From assembly GCA_022793655.1 (NCBI GenBank), contig JAAWDG010000009.1, positions 57,405-121,404 of the forward strand: a stretch of 64,000 bases of DNA. The letters are read 5' to 3'. A model generated the notes under the pieces. That model saw only the letters and a list, made by a program, of their open reading frames with translations. It had not been told where the DNA came from and did not search any database. How positions within the stretch are numbered: the first letter of the stretch is position 1; every line of letters begins with the position of its first letter. Shown here in pieces: positions 9,030-19,892 of this stretch. This DNA is from Clostridiales bacterium (GTDB lineage Bacteria > Bacillota > Clostridia > Oscillospirales > CAG-272). The position numbers and the translations under genes are program-made.

Positions 9030-10975
9030 GCAATATGAAAAAGCTGTCTCTCTTTGCCCTATCCGACGAAGCCGATGTATTGATTCATAAACTGACATGG
9101 CTTTCCAGTGTAGAGTTTACCAAGGCAGAGGAAGGGAACGAATGGTTTGTGGAAGAGGGAACAAGCCAGCTTTCTCTCTTAAAAAGCCGTCTTGCTTATA
9201 TAACCGAGGCACTTGGTGTTTTAAAACCATATGAACGTGTTAAAAAAGGTCTTTTTGCCAAGCGGATGGTTGTGCATAAAAATGATTTTGATGAGGTGAA
9301 TGAAACGCTGCTCCATGCTAAAACCATGGCGGAAAAGATTATGGAGGCGAAAGACCGTCTGCTAACCGCGAAAGCGGAAAAAGCAAAAGCGCAGACTAAA
9401 CAAGAGGCTCTTTTTCCTTATCAAAGTTATGATCTGCCGCTTGGTTATATGGGTACGAAAGAGAGCAGGGTTCTTTTAGGTACATTGCCGCAAAGCGCTG
9501 ACTTGGATGAGATTCAAACGGCGGTATATGCGCAAACGGATCGAGTTGTTTTTGAAAAAATATCGGCCGATGCGACAGCACAATATTACAGCGTTATTTG
9601 TCATGCAGCTGATGTAGATGTTGTTGCCCGCATCCTAAGTGGTTATGGATTTTTACGAGCCGATTTTACGGGCATTACCGGTACCGCTTACGAGGCGATG
9701 CAGCAGACAACGCAGATTATCAAGGAAACTGAACGGTTCATCGAGGAGGCCGAACAGTCTTTATCGGCCTTTGTGCAGTATCAAGATGAACTGCAAAGAG
9801 CGGCTGATATCCTTTCGATTGAAATCACCAAGGCAGAGGCCAAGGAAAAGCTCGTTTATTCCAAGCGGACGGTATATATAACCGGCTGGGTACCAGAGCA
9901 GGCGGAAGAAAAGGTAAAGCGTGTGCTGGACAAGCACTGTTGTGCCTATGAGTTGACTGCGCCTGCGCCGGAGGATGAACCGCCGGTGTTATTAAAAAAT
10001 AATAAATGGGCAAGCCCCTTTACCTTTATTGTTAATTTATATTCACTGCCCAAATATGGAACATTTGACCCAACCTTTGTGATGAGTCTATTTTATTTTC
10101 TCATTTTTGGTATGATGCTGGCAGATGTTGTCTACGGACTGCTTTTGTTGGCCGTGGGCTTGGTGATTTATAAATGCTTAGATGTGGGGAAAGGCGTTAA
10201 GAATTTAGCGTTAGTGTTTGCCTATTGCGGACTTTCGTGCGTGTTGTTCGGCGTATTATTCGGCGGCTATTTTGGCGATTTGCCGATTAAGATCATGCAA
10301 AACATGCTTGGCGTTGATTCAGTGAAGAATCTGGCGGTTTTATTTGACCCTGCTACGGGCAATGGACCTATTTTATTCTTAGGTCTTTCATTGGGGGCGG
10401 GTGCTGTTCACCTTGCTTTTGGCATGGGCATACAGGCTTGGCTCTATATAAAGGAAGGCAAAGTCTTTGCCGCCATATTTGATATTGGCTCATGGTATAT
10501 ATTGTTTGCCGGTATTGGTCTTTTGTTTGTTAACACCATGGTGGGCGGCATAATAGCCGGCGTTGGGGTGCTTATGTTAATTTTGACGCAAGGACGGGAT
10601 GCAAAAAATCCAGTGATGCGCCTCTTAAAAGGAGTGATGAGTTTATATGATATTGTCAACTATGTCGCTGATTTACTCTCATATTCCAGAATTATGGCGT
10701 TGGGCTTAGCTTCGGCGATTATCGCCAGCGTGGTGAATACATTGGCTACACTAAATGGCGGCAGCGTCATTGGCTGGATTCTTATGACGGTCATTGTGCT
10801 GTTTGGCCATACGGTGAATTTGGTGATTAACTTATTGGGGACTTTCGTGCATACCAGCCGATTGCAGTATATTGAGTTCTTTGGCAAGTTTTATGTAGAT
10901 GGAGGCCGCGAATTCAAACCAGCTGCGCCTGAGACAACGTATACACGAATTGTCAATACAGATGAAACGTTATAA
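9020..10975 (+). CDS. ntpI: V-type ATPase subunit I (a-subunit, membrane stator)
   Basis: 651 aa with a hydrophilic N-terminal half and a polytopic C-terminal half. The position in the operon fits. Confidence 0.9.
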   Translation: MAVSNMKKLSLFALSDEADVLIHKLTWLSSVEFTKAEEGNEWFVEEGTSQLSLLKSRLAYITEALGVLKPYERVKKGLFAKRMVVHKNDFDEVNETLLHAKTMAEKIMEAKDRLLTAKAEKAKAQTKQEALFPYQSYDLPLGYMGTKESRVLLGTLPQSADLDEIQTAVYAQTDRVVFEKISADATAQYYSVICHAADVDVVARILSGYGFLRADFTGITGTAYEAMQQTTQIIKETERFIEEAEQSLSAFVQYQDELQRAADILSIEITKAEAKEKLVYSKRTVYITGWVPEQAEEKVKRVLDKHCCAYELTAPAPEDEPPVLLKNNKWASPFTFIVNLYSLPKYGTFDPTFVMSLFYFLIFGMMLADVVYGLLLLAVGLVIYKCLDVGKGVKNLALVFAYCGLSCVLFGVLFGGYFGDLPIKIMQNMLGVDSVKNLAVLFDPATGNGPILFLGLSLGAGAVHLAFGMGIQAWLYIKEGKVFAAIFDIGSWYILFAGIGLLFVNTMVGGIIAGVGVLMLILTQGRDAKNPVMRLLKGVMSLYDIVNYVADLLSYSRIMALGLASAIIASVVNTLATLNGGSVIGWILMTVIVLFGHTVNLVINLLGTFVHTSRLQYIEFFGKFYVDGGREFKPAAPETTYTRIVNTDETL

Positions 10976-11046
10976 AATTTAATTGCAGATATATGCAAAA
11001 GGCGTGCTAATTAAAATGCATGTCAATAGAAAGGATGGAATTTACA

Positions 11047-11547
11047 ATGACAATAGCAGAATTTTTATCAATGGTTTTTAGCGGACAGAACTTGGCGCTT
11101 TTAGGAGCCTTTCTGGCCGCAGGTCTTGCAGGTGCCGGCTCGGCAATTGGTGTAGGCATTGTGGGTCGGGCAGGCGCTGGCCTTTTAACCGAACAGCCTA
11201 ATATGTTTGGTAAAGCGCTGCTGCTTCAGGCGCTGCCGGCTACACAAGGTATCTATGGTTTGATTACGGCATTTATGATTATGATTACTTCGGGCATTAT
11301 GAGTGGAACAGGTGCGGAACTGACGATTGCACAGGGCGGCTATTTCTTGATGGCTTCTTTGCCGGTTGGTGTTGTTGGACTGATTTCAGCGAAACATCAG
11401 GCAAAGGTATCGGCTGCCGGCGTTTCGTTGATTGCCAAGCAAAAAAATGAGGTAGGTAAGGCGATTACTTCTTCTGCTTTGGTTGAGACCTATGCTATTT
11501 TCGCTCTTTTGGTGTCACTTCTTTTGATTATTTTCTATAAGGGTTAA
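11047..11547 (+). CDS. ntpK: V-type ATPase proteolipid subunit K (16-kDa, 4-TM)
   Basis: Strong resemblance to Enterococcus hirae NtpK (QPNMFGKALLLQALPATQGIYGL..., ...VETYAIFALLVSLL). ATG 11047 follows AAAGGATGG. Confidence 0.9.
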   Translation: MTIAEFLSMVFSGQNLALLGAFLAAGLAGAGSAIGVGIVGRAGAGLLTEQPNMFGKALLLQALPATQGIYGLITAFMIMITSGIMSGTGAELTIAQGGYFLMASLPVGVVGLISAKHQAKVSAAGVSLIAKQKNEVGKAITSSALVETYAIFALLVSLLLIIFYKG

Positions 11548-11550
11548 TTC

Positions 11551-12228
11551 ATGGAAGGACTTGAAAAAATTACAGATCGCATTTTGCAGGATGCAAGGGC
11601 AGAGTGTGACGCAAAGTTAAACGAAGCGAAAGAGGAAATTAGCCAAATCAAATCAAAATACAGCGCTCAGGCAGATAAGCTGCTGCGCGACGCGCAAGAA
11701 GCTGTGCAAAAAGAAGTGGACGTCATTTTAGAAAGTGGCAAAGCGGGCGCTTCTATGTGGCGGCGCAACGCATTATTAGAAGCAAAAAGCGCGATGGTAG
11801 ATGAAGTATATGATAAGGCGGTCCGCTTTATAGCGCGCATGGATGAAAATGCGTATTATGCGCTATTGCTAAATATGTTAAAAAAGGCAGTGGCTGAATC
11901 GATACAGGCAGACAGTGCCTTGTTAGCTGATGAGCAGAGCGAATATGTCAAACCAGAAGCGTTTGTGGTATCGCTAAGTGAGAGAGACCAAGAAAAATAC
12001 GCACAGCGCTTGTGCGATGATATGGCTAAGATAGATTCGTCGGTGTCTATTCAGATGACACAACAGCCAGCCGATATAGCAGGCGGTGTGATGATACAAT
12101 ATGGCGATATTTCAATGGATTGTTCGATTGAAAAATCAGTTCAGTTAGTGAAAAGCCAAACAGAAGCAGCCGTATGCACCGTTCTGTTTGGTATTCATGC
12201 AAGCAGGAGAGAGCAAAGTGAAGGATAA
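11551..12228 (+). CDS. ntpE: V-type ATPase subunit E
   Basis: 225 aa with an N-terminal long charged helix and a globular C-terminus. Operon position fits. Confidence 0.8.
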   Translation: MEGLEKITDRILQDARAECDAKLNEAKEEISQIKSKYSAQADKLLRDAQEAVQKEVDVILESGKAGASMWRRNALLEAKSAMVDEVYDKAVRFIARMDENAYYALLLNMLKKAVAESIQADSALLADEQSEYVKPEAFVVSLSERDQEKYAQRLCDDMAKIDSSVSIQMTQQPADIAGGVMIQYGDISMDCSIEKSVQLVKSQTEAAVCTVLFGIHASRREQSEG

Positions 12229-13204
12229 AAAAGTCAGCGATCAAGATTTTTTATACAGTACGGCGCGCATTCGCGCTCTGGAGAATGAAATTTGCTCGAA
12301 TGAACAAGCGGGGCTGTTGGCAGAGGCAAAGGGCGAAGCTGAATTAAGACGAATGCTTAGCGAGATTGGTCTTGAGGGAGATAACCTGTTTTGCGCGATT
12401 GATGAAAGATTGCAGGCGGCTTATGATTTAGTAACTGAGCTTGCGGGCAGCGATGTTTTTGACGTGCTGCGCTATCCATATGATGCCCATAATTTAAAAA
12501 GCATGATCAAGGCTGATATCCGAAATACAGTGCCAGATCATTTGTTTATTCATTTTGGTACAGTGTCAGTTGCTTGCCTGCAGGAACTTTGGCAAAATCA
12601 AGACTTCACGCCTTTTCCTTTACACATGGCAGAGGCTATCCAAGCCGCGATTGATGCCTATGCAAGAACAAAAGATCCGCAGCTAATTGATATAGTTTTA
12701 GATCAGGCTTGCTATCAAGATATGTTGGCCAAGGCTGAAAACGCCCAAATTCCTTTTTTGGTGGATGCGATAAAGACTAAAATTGATTTGACCAATTTGC
12801 TGACCGTGCTTCGGTTGTTGCGAATGAAGAATGAGCAAATAAATGCTGCCTATGTAAAAGAACACCTGCTCGTTGGGGGAATGCTTTCAAAAGAACAGTT
12901 GGTACTGCTTTTTGATGGAGGAAAAGAGGCCTTATTTGGTTTTCTTGCCATTGGTGAATATCCGATTCTTTCTCAAATCAATCAAGAGGCATCACTTGCT
13001 GTCTTTGAGCGGGCTGTTGATGATGAGTATATGCGTTATATTCGTGACCATACAAAATATGTGGCGTTCGGCGCGCCTGTTTTGTATGCGTATTTGGTGG
13101 CCAGAGAAACAGAGGCGAAGAATTTTAGAATATTGATTGCCTCTGTTAAAAATGGAATTTCTCCAGCAGAAATTAAGGAAAGGCTTCGATGCAGTTATGT
13201 ATAA
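12218..13204 (+). CDS. ntpC: V-type ATPase subunit C (d-like)
   Basis: About 329 aa, beginning FLYSTARIRALE.... GTG 12218 follows AGGAGAG and overlaps the ntpE stop. The track start at 12188 lies inside ntpE. Confidence 0.8.
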   Translation: MKDKKVSDQDFLYSTARIRALENEICSNEQAGLLAEAKGEAELRRMLSEIGLEGDNLFCAIDERLQAAYDLVTELAGSDVFDVLRYPYDAHNLKSMIKADIRNTVPDHLFIHFGTVSVACLQELWQNQDFTPFPLHMAEAIQAAIDAYARTKDPQLIDIVLDQACYQDMLAKAENAQIPFLVDAIKTKIDLTNLLTVLRLLRMKNEQINAAYVKEHLLVGGMLSKEQLVLLFDGGKEALFGFLAIGEYPILSQINQEASLAVFERAVDDEYMRYIRDHTKYVAFGAPVLYAYLVARETEAKNFRILIASVKNGISPAEIKERLRCSYV

Positions 13205-13514
13205 GATTGGTGTGATTGGCGATTGGGATAGCGTTTTGGGCTTTATAGCAGTTGGCTTTACGGTACATGCGGCAAAGGACGCTCATCAGGCGGCTGGTCT
13301 GTTAAAACAGATGGCGGGTGAGAATTACGCGATTATTTATATTACAGAAAATTTAGCAGTCGATATGCAGGAAGAAATTGATCGATATAAAGAGAAAACG
13401 GTTCCTGCTGTGATTGTGATTCCTGGTAAAGAAGGCAGCACTGGTTTTGGCATGATGAATTTGAAAAAATCAGTTGAACGGGCGGTCGGCGCGGATATCC
13501 TTTTTAAGGAATAA
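13197..13514 (+). CDS. ntpF: V-type ATPase subunit F
   Basis: MYKIGVIGDWDSVLGFIAVGF... is a typical subunit F N-terminus. The ATG overlaps the ntpC stop (ATGTATAA). Confidence 0.85.
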   Translation: MYKIGVIGDWDSVLGFIAVGFTVHAAKDAHQAAGLLKQMAGENYAIIYITENLAVDMQEEIDRYKEKTVPAVIVIPGKEGSTGFGMMNLKKSVERAVGADILFKE

Positions 13515-13569
13515 ATGGTGATTGAAGCATATAGGACCATATGCGAATCAGAAAGGAATGGTCATTTAA

Positions 13570-15342
13570 GTGATAGAAGGAAAAATCGTAAAAGTATCAG
13601 GCCCATTGGTCATTGCTGAGGGTATGCGAGAGGCCAACATGTTTGACGTGGTGCATGTAGGCGATGCAAAACTGATTGGTGAAATTATTGAAATGCATGG
13701 CGGCCGGGCGTCGATTCAGGTTTATGAGGAGACAGCCGGGCTTGGCAAGGGCGATAAGGTGGTGTCATCAGGCGCTCCTCTTTCGGTCGAATTAGGGCCG
13801 GGATTGATCGGCAATATTTATGATGGCATTCAGCGCCCTCTTGAAAAAATCGTAGAAATTGCGGGTGCGAATTTGATCAAAGGGATTGATGTGCCCGCTT
13901 TGGATCGAGAAAAAACATGGCATTTTGAAGCGCTCGTAAAACCAGGTGATAAGGTAACGGGCGGCGATATTTGCGGAACTGTGCAAGAAACCGAGTCGGT
14001 GGTTCATAAGATTATGGTTCCGGTTGGCGTTAGCGGTACTGTTGAAACCATTGAAAGCGGTGACTATAAGATTACCGATCAAGTAGGTGCGGTGAAAACC
14101 GAGGATGGTAAGAGCATAGCGCTTATGTTAAGCCAGAAATGGCCTGTGCGGCGGGCCCGTCCTTATGCCGAAAAATTGGCGCCGATTGTCCCCATGATTA
14201 CAGGACAACGGAATATTGATTCTATGTTTCCTATCGCAAAAGGCGGAACCGCCTGTGTACCGGGACCATTTGGCAGCGGCAAAACCGTCGTGCAGCATCA
14301 GCTCGCTAAATGGAGCGATGTTGATATTGTTGTATATGTGGGCTGCGGCGAACGAGGAAATGAAATGACCGATGTATTAAGAGAGTTTCCTGAACTGCAA
14401 GACCCAAGAACCGGGTATTCACTGATGAAACGGACGGTTCTAATTGCCAATACATCCGATATGCCGGTGGCTGCCAGAGAAGCCTCAATTTACACAGGTA
14501 TTACAATTGCAGAGTATTTTCGCGATATGGGCTATTCAGTGGCGGTGATTGCCGATTCTTCCTCAAGATGGGCCGAGGCGCTGCGTGAAATGTCTGGCCG
14601 TTTGGAGGAGATGCCGGGCGAAGAGGGATATCCCGCTTATCTGACTTCTCGTTTAGCACAGTTTTATGAGCGGGCCGGCAGTGTTATTTGTTTGGGCAGC
14701 GATGGTAGAGAAGGCGCTCTTTCCGCAATTGGCGCGGTATCGCCCCCTGGCGGAGACCTGTCAGAACCGGTTACCCAGGCAACCCTGCGTATTGTGAAGG
14801 TGTTCTGGGGATTAGACGCAAATTTGGCATATAAAAGACATTTTCCAGCTATTAACTGGCTGAATTCCTATTCTCTTTATAAGGAACGGTTGGCGCCGTG
14901 GTATCGAGAAAATGTTTCGCCTACTTGGGGCGAATACACAGCAGAAGCAATGAAAATTCTGCAAAAAGAGGCCGAGTTAGATGAAATTGTTAAACTGGTT
15001 GGCGAGGATTCGCTTTCTCCCAATGACAGACTCACCCTGGAAGTAGCGCGCAGTGTGCGGGAAGATTTCTTGCAGCAGGACGCGATGGATAGCGATGATT
15101 CTTATACTTCCTTGGATAAACAAAATGGGTTGCTTGGTCTGATTTTATATTTTTATAGGCAAGCAAATTCGGCCATTGCCGAAGGGGCGGAAATTGATAA
15201 AATTGCGGTGATGCCGTCTCGCGAATTGATTGGCAGAGCCAAGGTGGTGGCTCCTGACGCTTACCAAGCGGAATTTGAGCGCATCAAAGAACGAGTTGAC
15301 ACCGAACTAAATGACTTGATCAAAGAAGCAAAGGAGGGATAA
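13570..15342 (+). CDS. ntpA: V-type ATPase catalytic subunit A
   Basis: 590 aa with Walker [10 protein letters not shown] and the non-homologous insert typical of A subunits. GTG start. Confidence 0.95.
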   Translation: MIEGKIVKVSGPLVIAEGMREANMFDVVHVGDAKLIGEIIEMHGGRASIQVYEETAGLGKGDKVVSSGAPLSVELGPGLIGNIYDGIQRPLEKIVEIAGANLIKGIDVPALDREKTWHFEALVKPGDKVTGGDICGTVQETESVVHKIMVPVGVSGTVETIESGDYKITDQVGAVKTEDGKSIALMLSQKWPVRRARPYAEKLAPIVPMITGQRNIDSMFPIAKGGTACVPGPFGSGKTVVQHQLAKWSDVDIVVYVGCGERGNEMTDVLREFPELQDPRTGYSLMKRTVLIANTSDMPVAAREASIYTGITIAEYFRDMGYSVAVIADSSSRWAEALREMSGRLEEMPGEEGYPAYLTSRLAQFYERAGSVICLGSDGREGALSAIGAVSPPGGDLSEPVTQATLRIVKVFWGLDANLAYKRHFPAINWLNSYSLYKERLAPWYRENVSPTWGEYTAEAMKILQKEAELDEIVKLVGEDSLSPNDRLTLEVARSVREDFLQQDAMDSDDSYTSLDKQNGLLGLILYFYRQANSAIAEGAEIDKIAVMPSRELIGRAKVVAPDAYQAEFERIKERVDTELNDLIKEAKEG

Positions 15343-15344
15343 AC

Positions 15345-16733
15345 GTGGTTCGTGAATATAAAACCATCGAAGAAGTCGCCGGACCTCTGATGCTGGTGAA
15401 AAATGTTGAGAATGTAAAATATGATGAGTTAGGTGAAATTGAGCTGCCCACCGGTGAAATACGCAAATGCCGTGTACTTGAAGTGGATGGTTCAAATGTG
15501 TTAGTTCAGCTGTTTGAATCAGCCGCAGGCTTGAATCTGGCCGAAAGCAAAGTACGCTTTAAAGGCCATGGTACTCAGCTTGGTGTTAGCGAAGATATGC
15601 TGGGCCGCGTGTTTAACGGGATGGGCGAGCCAATTGATAATGGACCGAAGCTGATTCCTGAAAAATATGTCGATGTCAACGGAACGCCGATTAATCCGGC
15701 TGCACGCATTTATCCTTCAGAATTTATTCAGACTGGGATTTCGACAATTGATGGTTTGAATACGCTGGTTCGTGGGCAAAAACTGCCGATTTTCTCTATG
15801 TCGGGATTGCCGCATGCGGATTTTGCTGCTCAAATTGCAAGACAAGCTAAGGTGCGGGGTTCAGACGCTAAATTTGCCGTTGTGTTTGCTGCCATTGGCA
15901 TTACGTTTGAAGAGGCTGATTTCTTTATCTCAGATTTCAAAAAAACAGGCGCTATTTACCGGACGGTGCTTTTTACTAATTTGGCTTCTGACCCGGCGAT
16001 TGAGCGAATTTCTACACCCTTGATGGCTCTTTCGGCTGCCGAGTATTTGGCTTTTGAAAAGGGCATGCATGTGCTGGTTATCATGACAGACTTGACTAAC
16101 TATGCAGAAGCATTACGAGAGGTTTCGGCCGCGCGTAAAGAAGTGCCTGGACGAAGGGGATATCCAGGTTATTTGTATACGAATTTGGCCACATTGTATG
16201 AGCGAGCAGGCCGTAAGATGGGCAGCGATGGCTCGATTACGATGATTCCGATTTTAACTATGCCCGAGGATGATAAAACTCATCCGATTCCAGACCTTAC
16301 TGGTTATATTACCGAAGGGCAGATTATTTTATCTCGCGATCTGTACCGCAAGGGGATTCTGCCACCAGTGGATGTTTTGCCTTCACTTTCCCGCCTGAAG
16401 GACAAAGGCATAGGCGAGGGAAAGACAAGAGAAGATCATAAAAACGTAATGAATCAGCTTTTTGCGAATTATGCCAGAGGCAAAGAAGCAAAAGAGTTAA
16501 TGGTTGTGTTGGGCGAAGCAGCCTTGACGCCGATTGATCGCTTGTATGCACAGTTTGCGGATGCGTTTGAGGAGCGATATATCAATCAGGGATTTAATGA
16601 AAACCGATCGATTGAAGAGACGCTGGATATTGGCTGGGAGCTTTTATCCATGTTCCCGCGCACCGAACTCAAGCGAATTAAAACGGATATTCTTGACCGC
16701 TATTTACCAAAGAAGGAAACGGAAAATGGCTAA
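15345..16733 (+). CDS. ntpB: V-type ATPase subunit B
   Basis: 462 aa of the conserved V1 B family (…ERAGR…[13 protein letters not shown]…). Confidence 0.95.
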   Translation: MVREYKTIEEVAGPLMLVKNVENVKYDELGEIELPTGEIRKCRVLEVDGSNVLVQLFESAAGLNLAESKVRFKGHGTQLGVSEDMLGRVFNGMGEPIDNGPKLIPEKYVDVNGTPINPAARIYPSEFIQTGISTIDGLNTLVRGQKLPIFSMSGLPHADFAAQIARQAKVRGSDAKFAVVFAAIGITFEEADFFISDFKKTGAIYRTVLFTNLASDPAIERISTPLMALSAAEYLAFEKGMHVLVIMTDLTNYAEALREVSAARKEVPGRRGYPGYLYTNLATLYERAGRKMGSDGSITMIPILTMPEDDKTHPIPDLTGYITEGQIILSRDLYRKGILPPVDVLPSLSRLKDKGIGEGKTREDHKNVMNQLFANYARGKEAKELMVVLGEAALTPIDRLYAQFADAFEERYINQGFNENRSIEETLDIGWELLSMFPRTELKRIKTDILDRYLPKKETENG

Positions 16734-17397
16734 TACAAACGTCAATCCCACCAGAATGGAGCTGAAACGCCTGAAAGGAAGACTGGCTACTGCCAGAAGA
16801 GGCCATAAGCTCCTCAAAGACAAGCGGGATGAGATTATGCGGCAGTTTCTTGATATTGTCAGAGAGAATAAAGAGCTAAGAGAAAAGGTAGAGGAAAGCT
16901 TAGCCAAGGTGCATAATGGCTTTTCGGTAGCGGCGGCGGTTTCTTCTCCCACTATATTAGAGCAGGCTCTCATGGTGCCGCGCAGAGAAGGCGAAATTTC
17001 GGTATCCAACCGGAATATTATGAGCGTCAATGTGCCCGAGTTTGCTTTTCAATTAAAGGATGGCGCCTCAGCCGGCTTGAATTATGGTTATGCCTTTACA
17101 TCGGGCGAATTAGATGCAGCCGTTGAAGCCCTTTCGGATCTGCTGCCTACCTTGGTGCTATTAGCGCAAAAAGAGAAAACGGCGCAGATGCTGGCAGAAG
17201 AGATTGAAAAAACCAGGCGACGGGTAAACGCGTTAGAGTATATTATGATACCGGATTTGGAAGAAGGTATTAAATCAATTTCGATGAAGCTTGATGAAAA
17301 TGAGCGTGGCAATACAACCAGACTGATGAAAGTCAAGGACTTAATGCTTGCTAAAACACTTGCGAATGCAAGAGAAAGTCACATGCATGAAGCGTAA
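16726..17397 (+). CDS. ntpD: V-type ATPase subunit D
   Basis: [36 protein letters not shown] is the canonical subunit D N-terminus. The ATG overlaps the ntpB stop. The track ORF from 16534 is an out-of-gene extension. Confidence 0.9.
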   Translation: MANTNVNPTRMELKRLKGRLATARRGHKLLKDKRDEIMRQFLDIVRENKELREKVEESLAKVHNGFSVAAAVSSPTILEQALMVPRREGEISVSNRNIMSVNVPEFAFQLKDGASAGLNYGYAFTSGELDAAVEALSDLLPTLVLLAQKEKTAQMLAEEIEKTRRRVNALEYIMIPDLEEGIKSISMKLDENERGNTTRLMKVKDLMLAKTLANARESHMHEA

Positions 17398-17400
17398 ACA

Positions 17401-17431
17401 AAAAATCCAGCTGTTATGGCTGGATTTTTTT
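17401..17431 (+). terminator. Intrinsic terminator of the V-ATPase operon
   Basis: atccagc-tgttatg-gctggat followed by a T7 run. Confidence 0.8.
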
Positions 17432-17464
17432 AGATGAAGAAAAGTAGTGTAAGGCATTCTTTCA

Positions 17465-18205
17465 TTATGAAATACCTAATACATTATCGACAGGTATAGA
17501 AAGGACAACGGTATGTGCTTCTTTTGTAATGCCGTGTCTGTCTACCAAATGCTGCATAATGGATTCTTTGTTATTTTTAGGAACAATCATGGCGATGATT
17601 TCTTTTTTTTCTTGCACAGAAACACCCCAAAAAGTCATTGCTTTTTGTAGTTCGGGTTGTCTTGCTGTGATAATGGTGCCACCCATGGCGCCTTTCTCGC
17701 GGGCTGTATGCATGATTTCTTCACCGAATCCCTGATTGGCGATGACGAGAATCAGTTCATTCATATTAACGTCTGACATATCTTTTTCACCTTCACTTTT
17801 TTGGTTTATAGATTGATTATGCATCATAGCGGATTGTGGGTTTAATTGCTCTTGTCGTTGGCCGATTTCCTTTGATGCCATCTTGAAAATTTTGTCGGTA
17901 GAGCCGTTAATAGGAATGGTAAAAGCAATACCGTGGCCTGGTTTGTGCAACTGCAACGAGTGGTTAAGCGAATATATGATTTTATTAGCGTTTATATCGG
18001 AAGTAATACAGGTGAAAATGATTTTTTCAGTACCGTCTAATCCCAAATAATCAATGATATCATGGCCGGCGGTTCCTCTGCCCAACAGGCAATAGTGCAT
18101 AAAAATTCCGAGCTGACTAAGAATTTCTTCGGCTTTAGAGGCTCTTTTGTGATCCATGATGACGATCAGCAGACGCAAATGTATGTTTATATATGGTTCA
18201 GTCAT
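17465..18205 (-). CDS. Tandem P-II (GlnB)-like domain protein
   Basis: Two ~110 aa halves, each with a P-II-like beta-alpha-beta pattern (LLIVIMDHKRASKAEEIL... and LILVIANQGFGEEIMHTAREKGAMGGTII...). The ATG overlaps the stop of the upstream membrane gene (ATGACTGA), and GGAG lies upstream. Confidence 0.65.
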   Translation of the reverse strand: MTEPYINIHLRLLIVIMDHKRASKAEEILSQLGIFMHYCLLGRGTAGHDIIDYLGLDGTEKIIFTCITSDINANKIIYSLNHSLQLHKPGHGIAFTIPINGSTDKIFKMASKEIGQRQEQLNPQSAMMHNQSINQKSEGEKDMSDVNMNELILVIANQGFGEEIMHTAREKGAMGGTIITARQPELQKAMTFWGVSVQEKKEIIAMIVPKNNKESIMQHLVDRHGITKEAHTVVLSIPVDNVLGIS

Positions 18206-19775
18206 TTTTCACTTCTCCTTTTGTAATCGGGCTGTCTGTTCTTTGATATATCAGTTGTTTATTTTCCTCATCCATGATAATTTCATCTTGGTCTTGTTCG
18301 TCAGTGATAAAGGGATCGGCTCTGTGATTTTGTTTGATTTTATAAACGAGTCCCATAAGTTGTACAGCAATAAGCGGTGTCATGGCAACTAAAGCGACAA
18401 TACCGAATGCATCTGACATAACATTACCGCCAATGGCTTCACAGGCGCCCATGGCAAGGGGCAGCAAAAAGGTGGTAGTCATCGGTCCACTGGCTACGCC
18501 GCCTGCATCAAAGGCGATACCTACAAAAATCTGCGGCACCATGCGCGAAAGAATAAGGGCGATGACATAACCGGGCAAAATGACCCAATAAAGAGAAAGA
18601 CCAGTCAACACACGTAAAATTGATAGTCCGACACTGATTGATATACCAATGGATAAACACCGATTCATCGCCGCAGCCGTGATTGTGCCGCCTGTTACCT
18701 CTTCTACTTGGCGGTTGAGCACATGAACCGCTGGTTCGGCTTTTACAATGTAATATCCGATTAGCATGCCGATGGGAATCAGAAACCATTTGAACGAAGA
18801 AGATGCTATGCCTGCGCCTAAGATGCTTCCTACGGGCGCAAAGCCAACATTGACGCCGCATAAAAAGAGCGCCAGCCCTAAATATGTATACAAAAAGCCA
18901 ATAGACATGCGAATAAGCTGGCGTTTATTATAGGAATGAGCCAGTAATTGAAAGATAAAAAAGACTGCGAGAATGGGAAACAATGAAACAAGTACTTCGA
19001 TTAAATATTGGGGCAGAGTACCGGCTAATTCTTTTGTCACATCGCGCATTGTTTCAATATTTGGTATTTCGGTGGGTGTATAAAAAGCGTTTTCAGGATG
19101 ATAGAAAATGCCTAAAATGACAACAGCCAAAATAGGGCCTGTACTGCAAATGGAGACGAGGCCAAAGCTATCATCGCCGGCATTTTGATCGCTTCGCATC
19201 GAAGAGAGTCCCACGCCGATTGCCATAATAAATGGTACGGTAATAGGGCCTGTTGTAACACCACCTGCATCGAATGCTACTGAAAGAAATGATGCTGGTG
19301 CTGCAATAGAGACCAAAATGAGGAGAAGATAAAGAAATAATAAAATGTTAGATAGACGAATATGAAACAAAATGCGGGCCATAGCGGTTGCTAGCATGAG
19401 TCCGACACCGATTGATACAGTAATAATTAAAGTTGAATTAGGAATGGATGGCACTTGATTGGCTAACACTTGTAAATCAGGCTCGGCAATTGTAGCGACG
19501 GCGCCCAAAACAAAGCTAATGATAAGAATGATCATCAATTTTGATGTTTTAGATAAATGCTCGCCCATTCGCTCGCCAAGCGGAGACATAGCCATTTCTG
19601 CGCCCAATTGAAACATGCCCATACCAATGACCAGAAGAAGCGCACCTGCTAAAAAAAGGGTGATAGTGCTGGCACTGATTGGTACAATAAAGGTAGCAAG
19701 CAAGAGAACAATCGCTGTGATCGGTAAAACTGAGGAGATGGACTCTTGTATTTTTTCTTTTAGCTTTGGATTCAT
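18198..19775 (-). CDS. Polytopic membrane protein, internally duplicated (DUF1538-like)
   Basis: About 525 aa, with two homologous halves each ending in FDAGGV(T/A)(T/S)GP(I/M)T(V/T). ATG 19775 follows GAAAGGAAA. The track start at 19910 is probably too early. Confidence 0.65.
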   Translation of the reverse strand: MNPKLKEKIQESISSVLPITAIVLLLATFIVPISASTITLFLAGALLLVIGMGMFQLGAEMAMSPLGERMGEHLSKTSKLMIILIISFVLGAVATIAEPDLQVLANQVPSIPNSTLIITVSIGVGLMLATAMARILFHIRLSNILLFLYLLLILVSIAAPASFLSVAFDAGGVTTGPITVPFIMAIGVGLSSMRSDQNAGDDSFGLVSICSTGPILAVVILGIFYHPENAFYTPTEIPNIETMRDVTKELAGTLPQYLIEVLVSLFPILAVFFIFQLLAHSYNKRQLIRMSIGFLYTYLGLALFLCGVNVGFAPVGSILGAGIASSSFKWFLIPIGMLIGYYIVKAEPAVHVLNRQVEEVTGGTITAAAMNRCLSIGISISVGLSILRVLTGLSLYWVILPGYVIALILSRMVPQIFVGIAFDAGGVASGPMTTTFLLPLAMGACEAIGGNVMSDAFGIVALVAMTPLIAVQLMGLVYKIKQNHRADPFITDEQDQDEIIMDEENKQLIYQRTDSPITKGEVKND

Positions 19776-19892
19776 ATAAAAATTTCCTTTCATAGCGATT
19801 CTCTTGTTTTTTTCATAGGTATATGCCCCCCTCCAGATAAGATAAAAAAATGGGTTTTGCCAGTGTTTGCCCTTGAAAATAGAGAGTTTATC

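Noticed and set aside
16534-16725. N-terminal extension of the ntpD ORF. Similar over-long track ORFs start at 146, 12188, 13137, 19910, 34256, 40169, 42393, 43877, 45017 and 49074.
   Set aside because: In each case an internal start with a good Shine-Dalgarno sequence, or a start-stop overlap with the upstream gene, coincides with the conserved N-terminus of the family. The upstream part overlaps the neighbouring gene or non-coding DNA.
18508-18861. A 117-aa minus-strand ORF, and the 18382-18570 plus-strand ORF, inside the DUF1538-like gene.
   Set aside because: They are alternative-frame or antisense ORFs within a long membrane-protein CDS, with Arg/Cys-rich nonsense-like translations.
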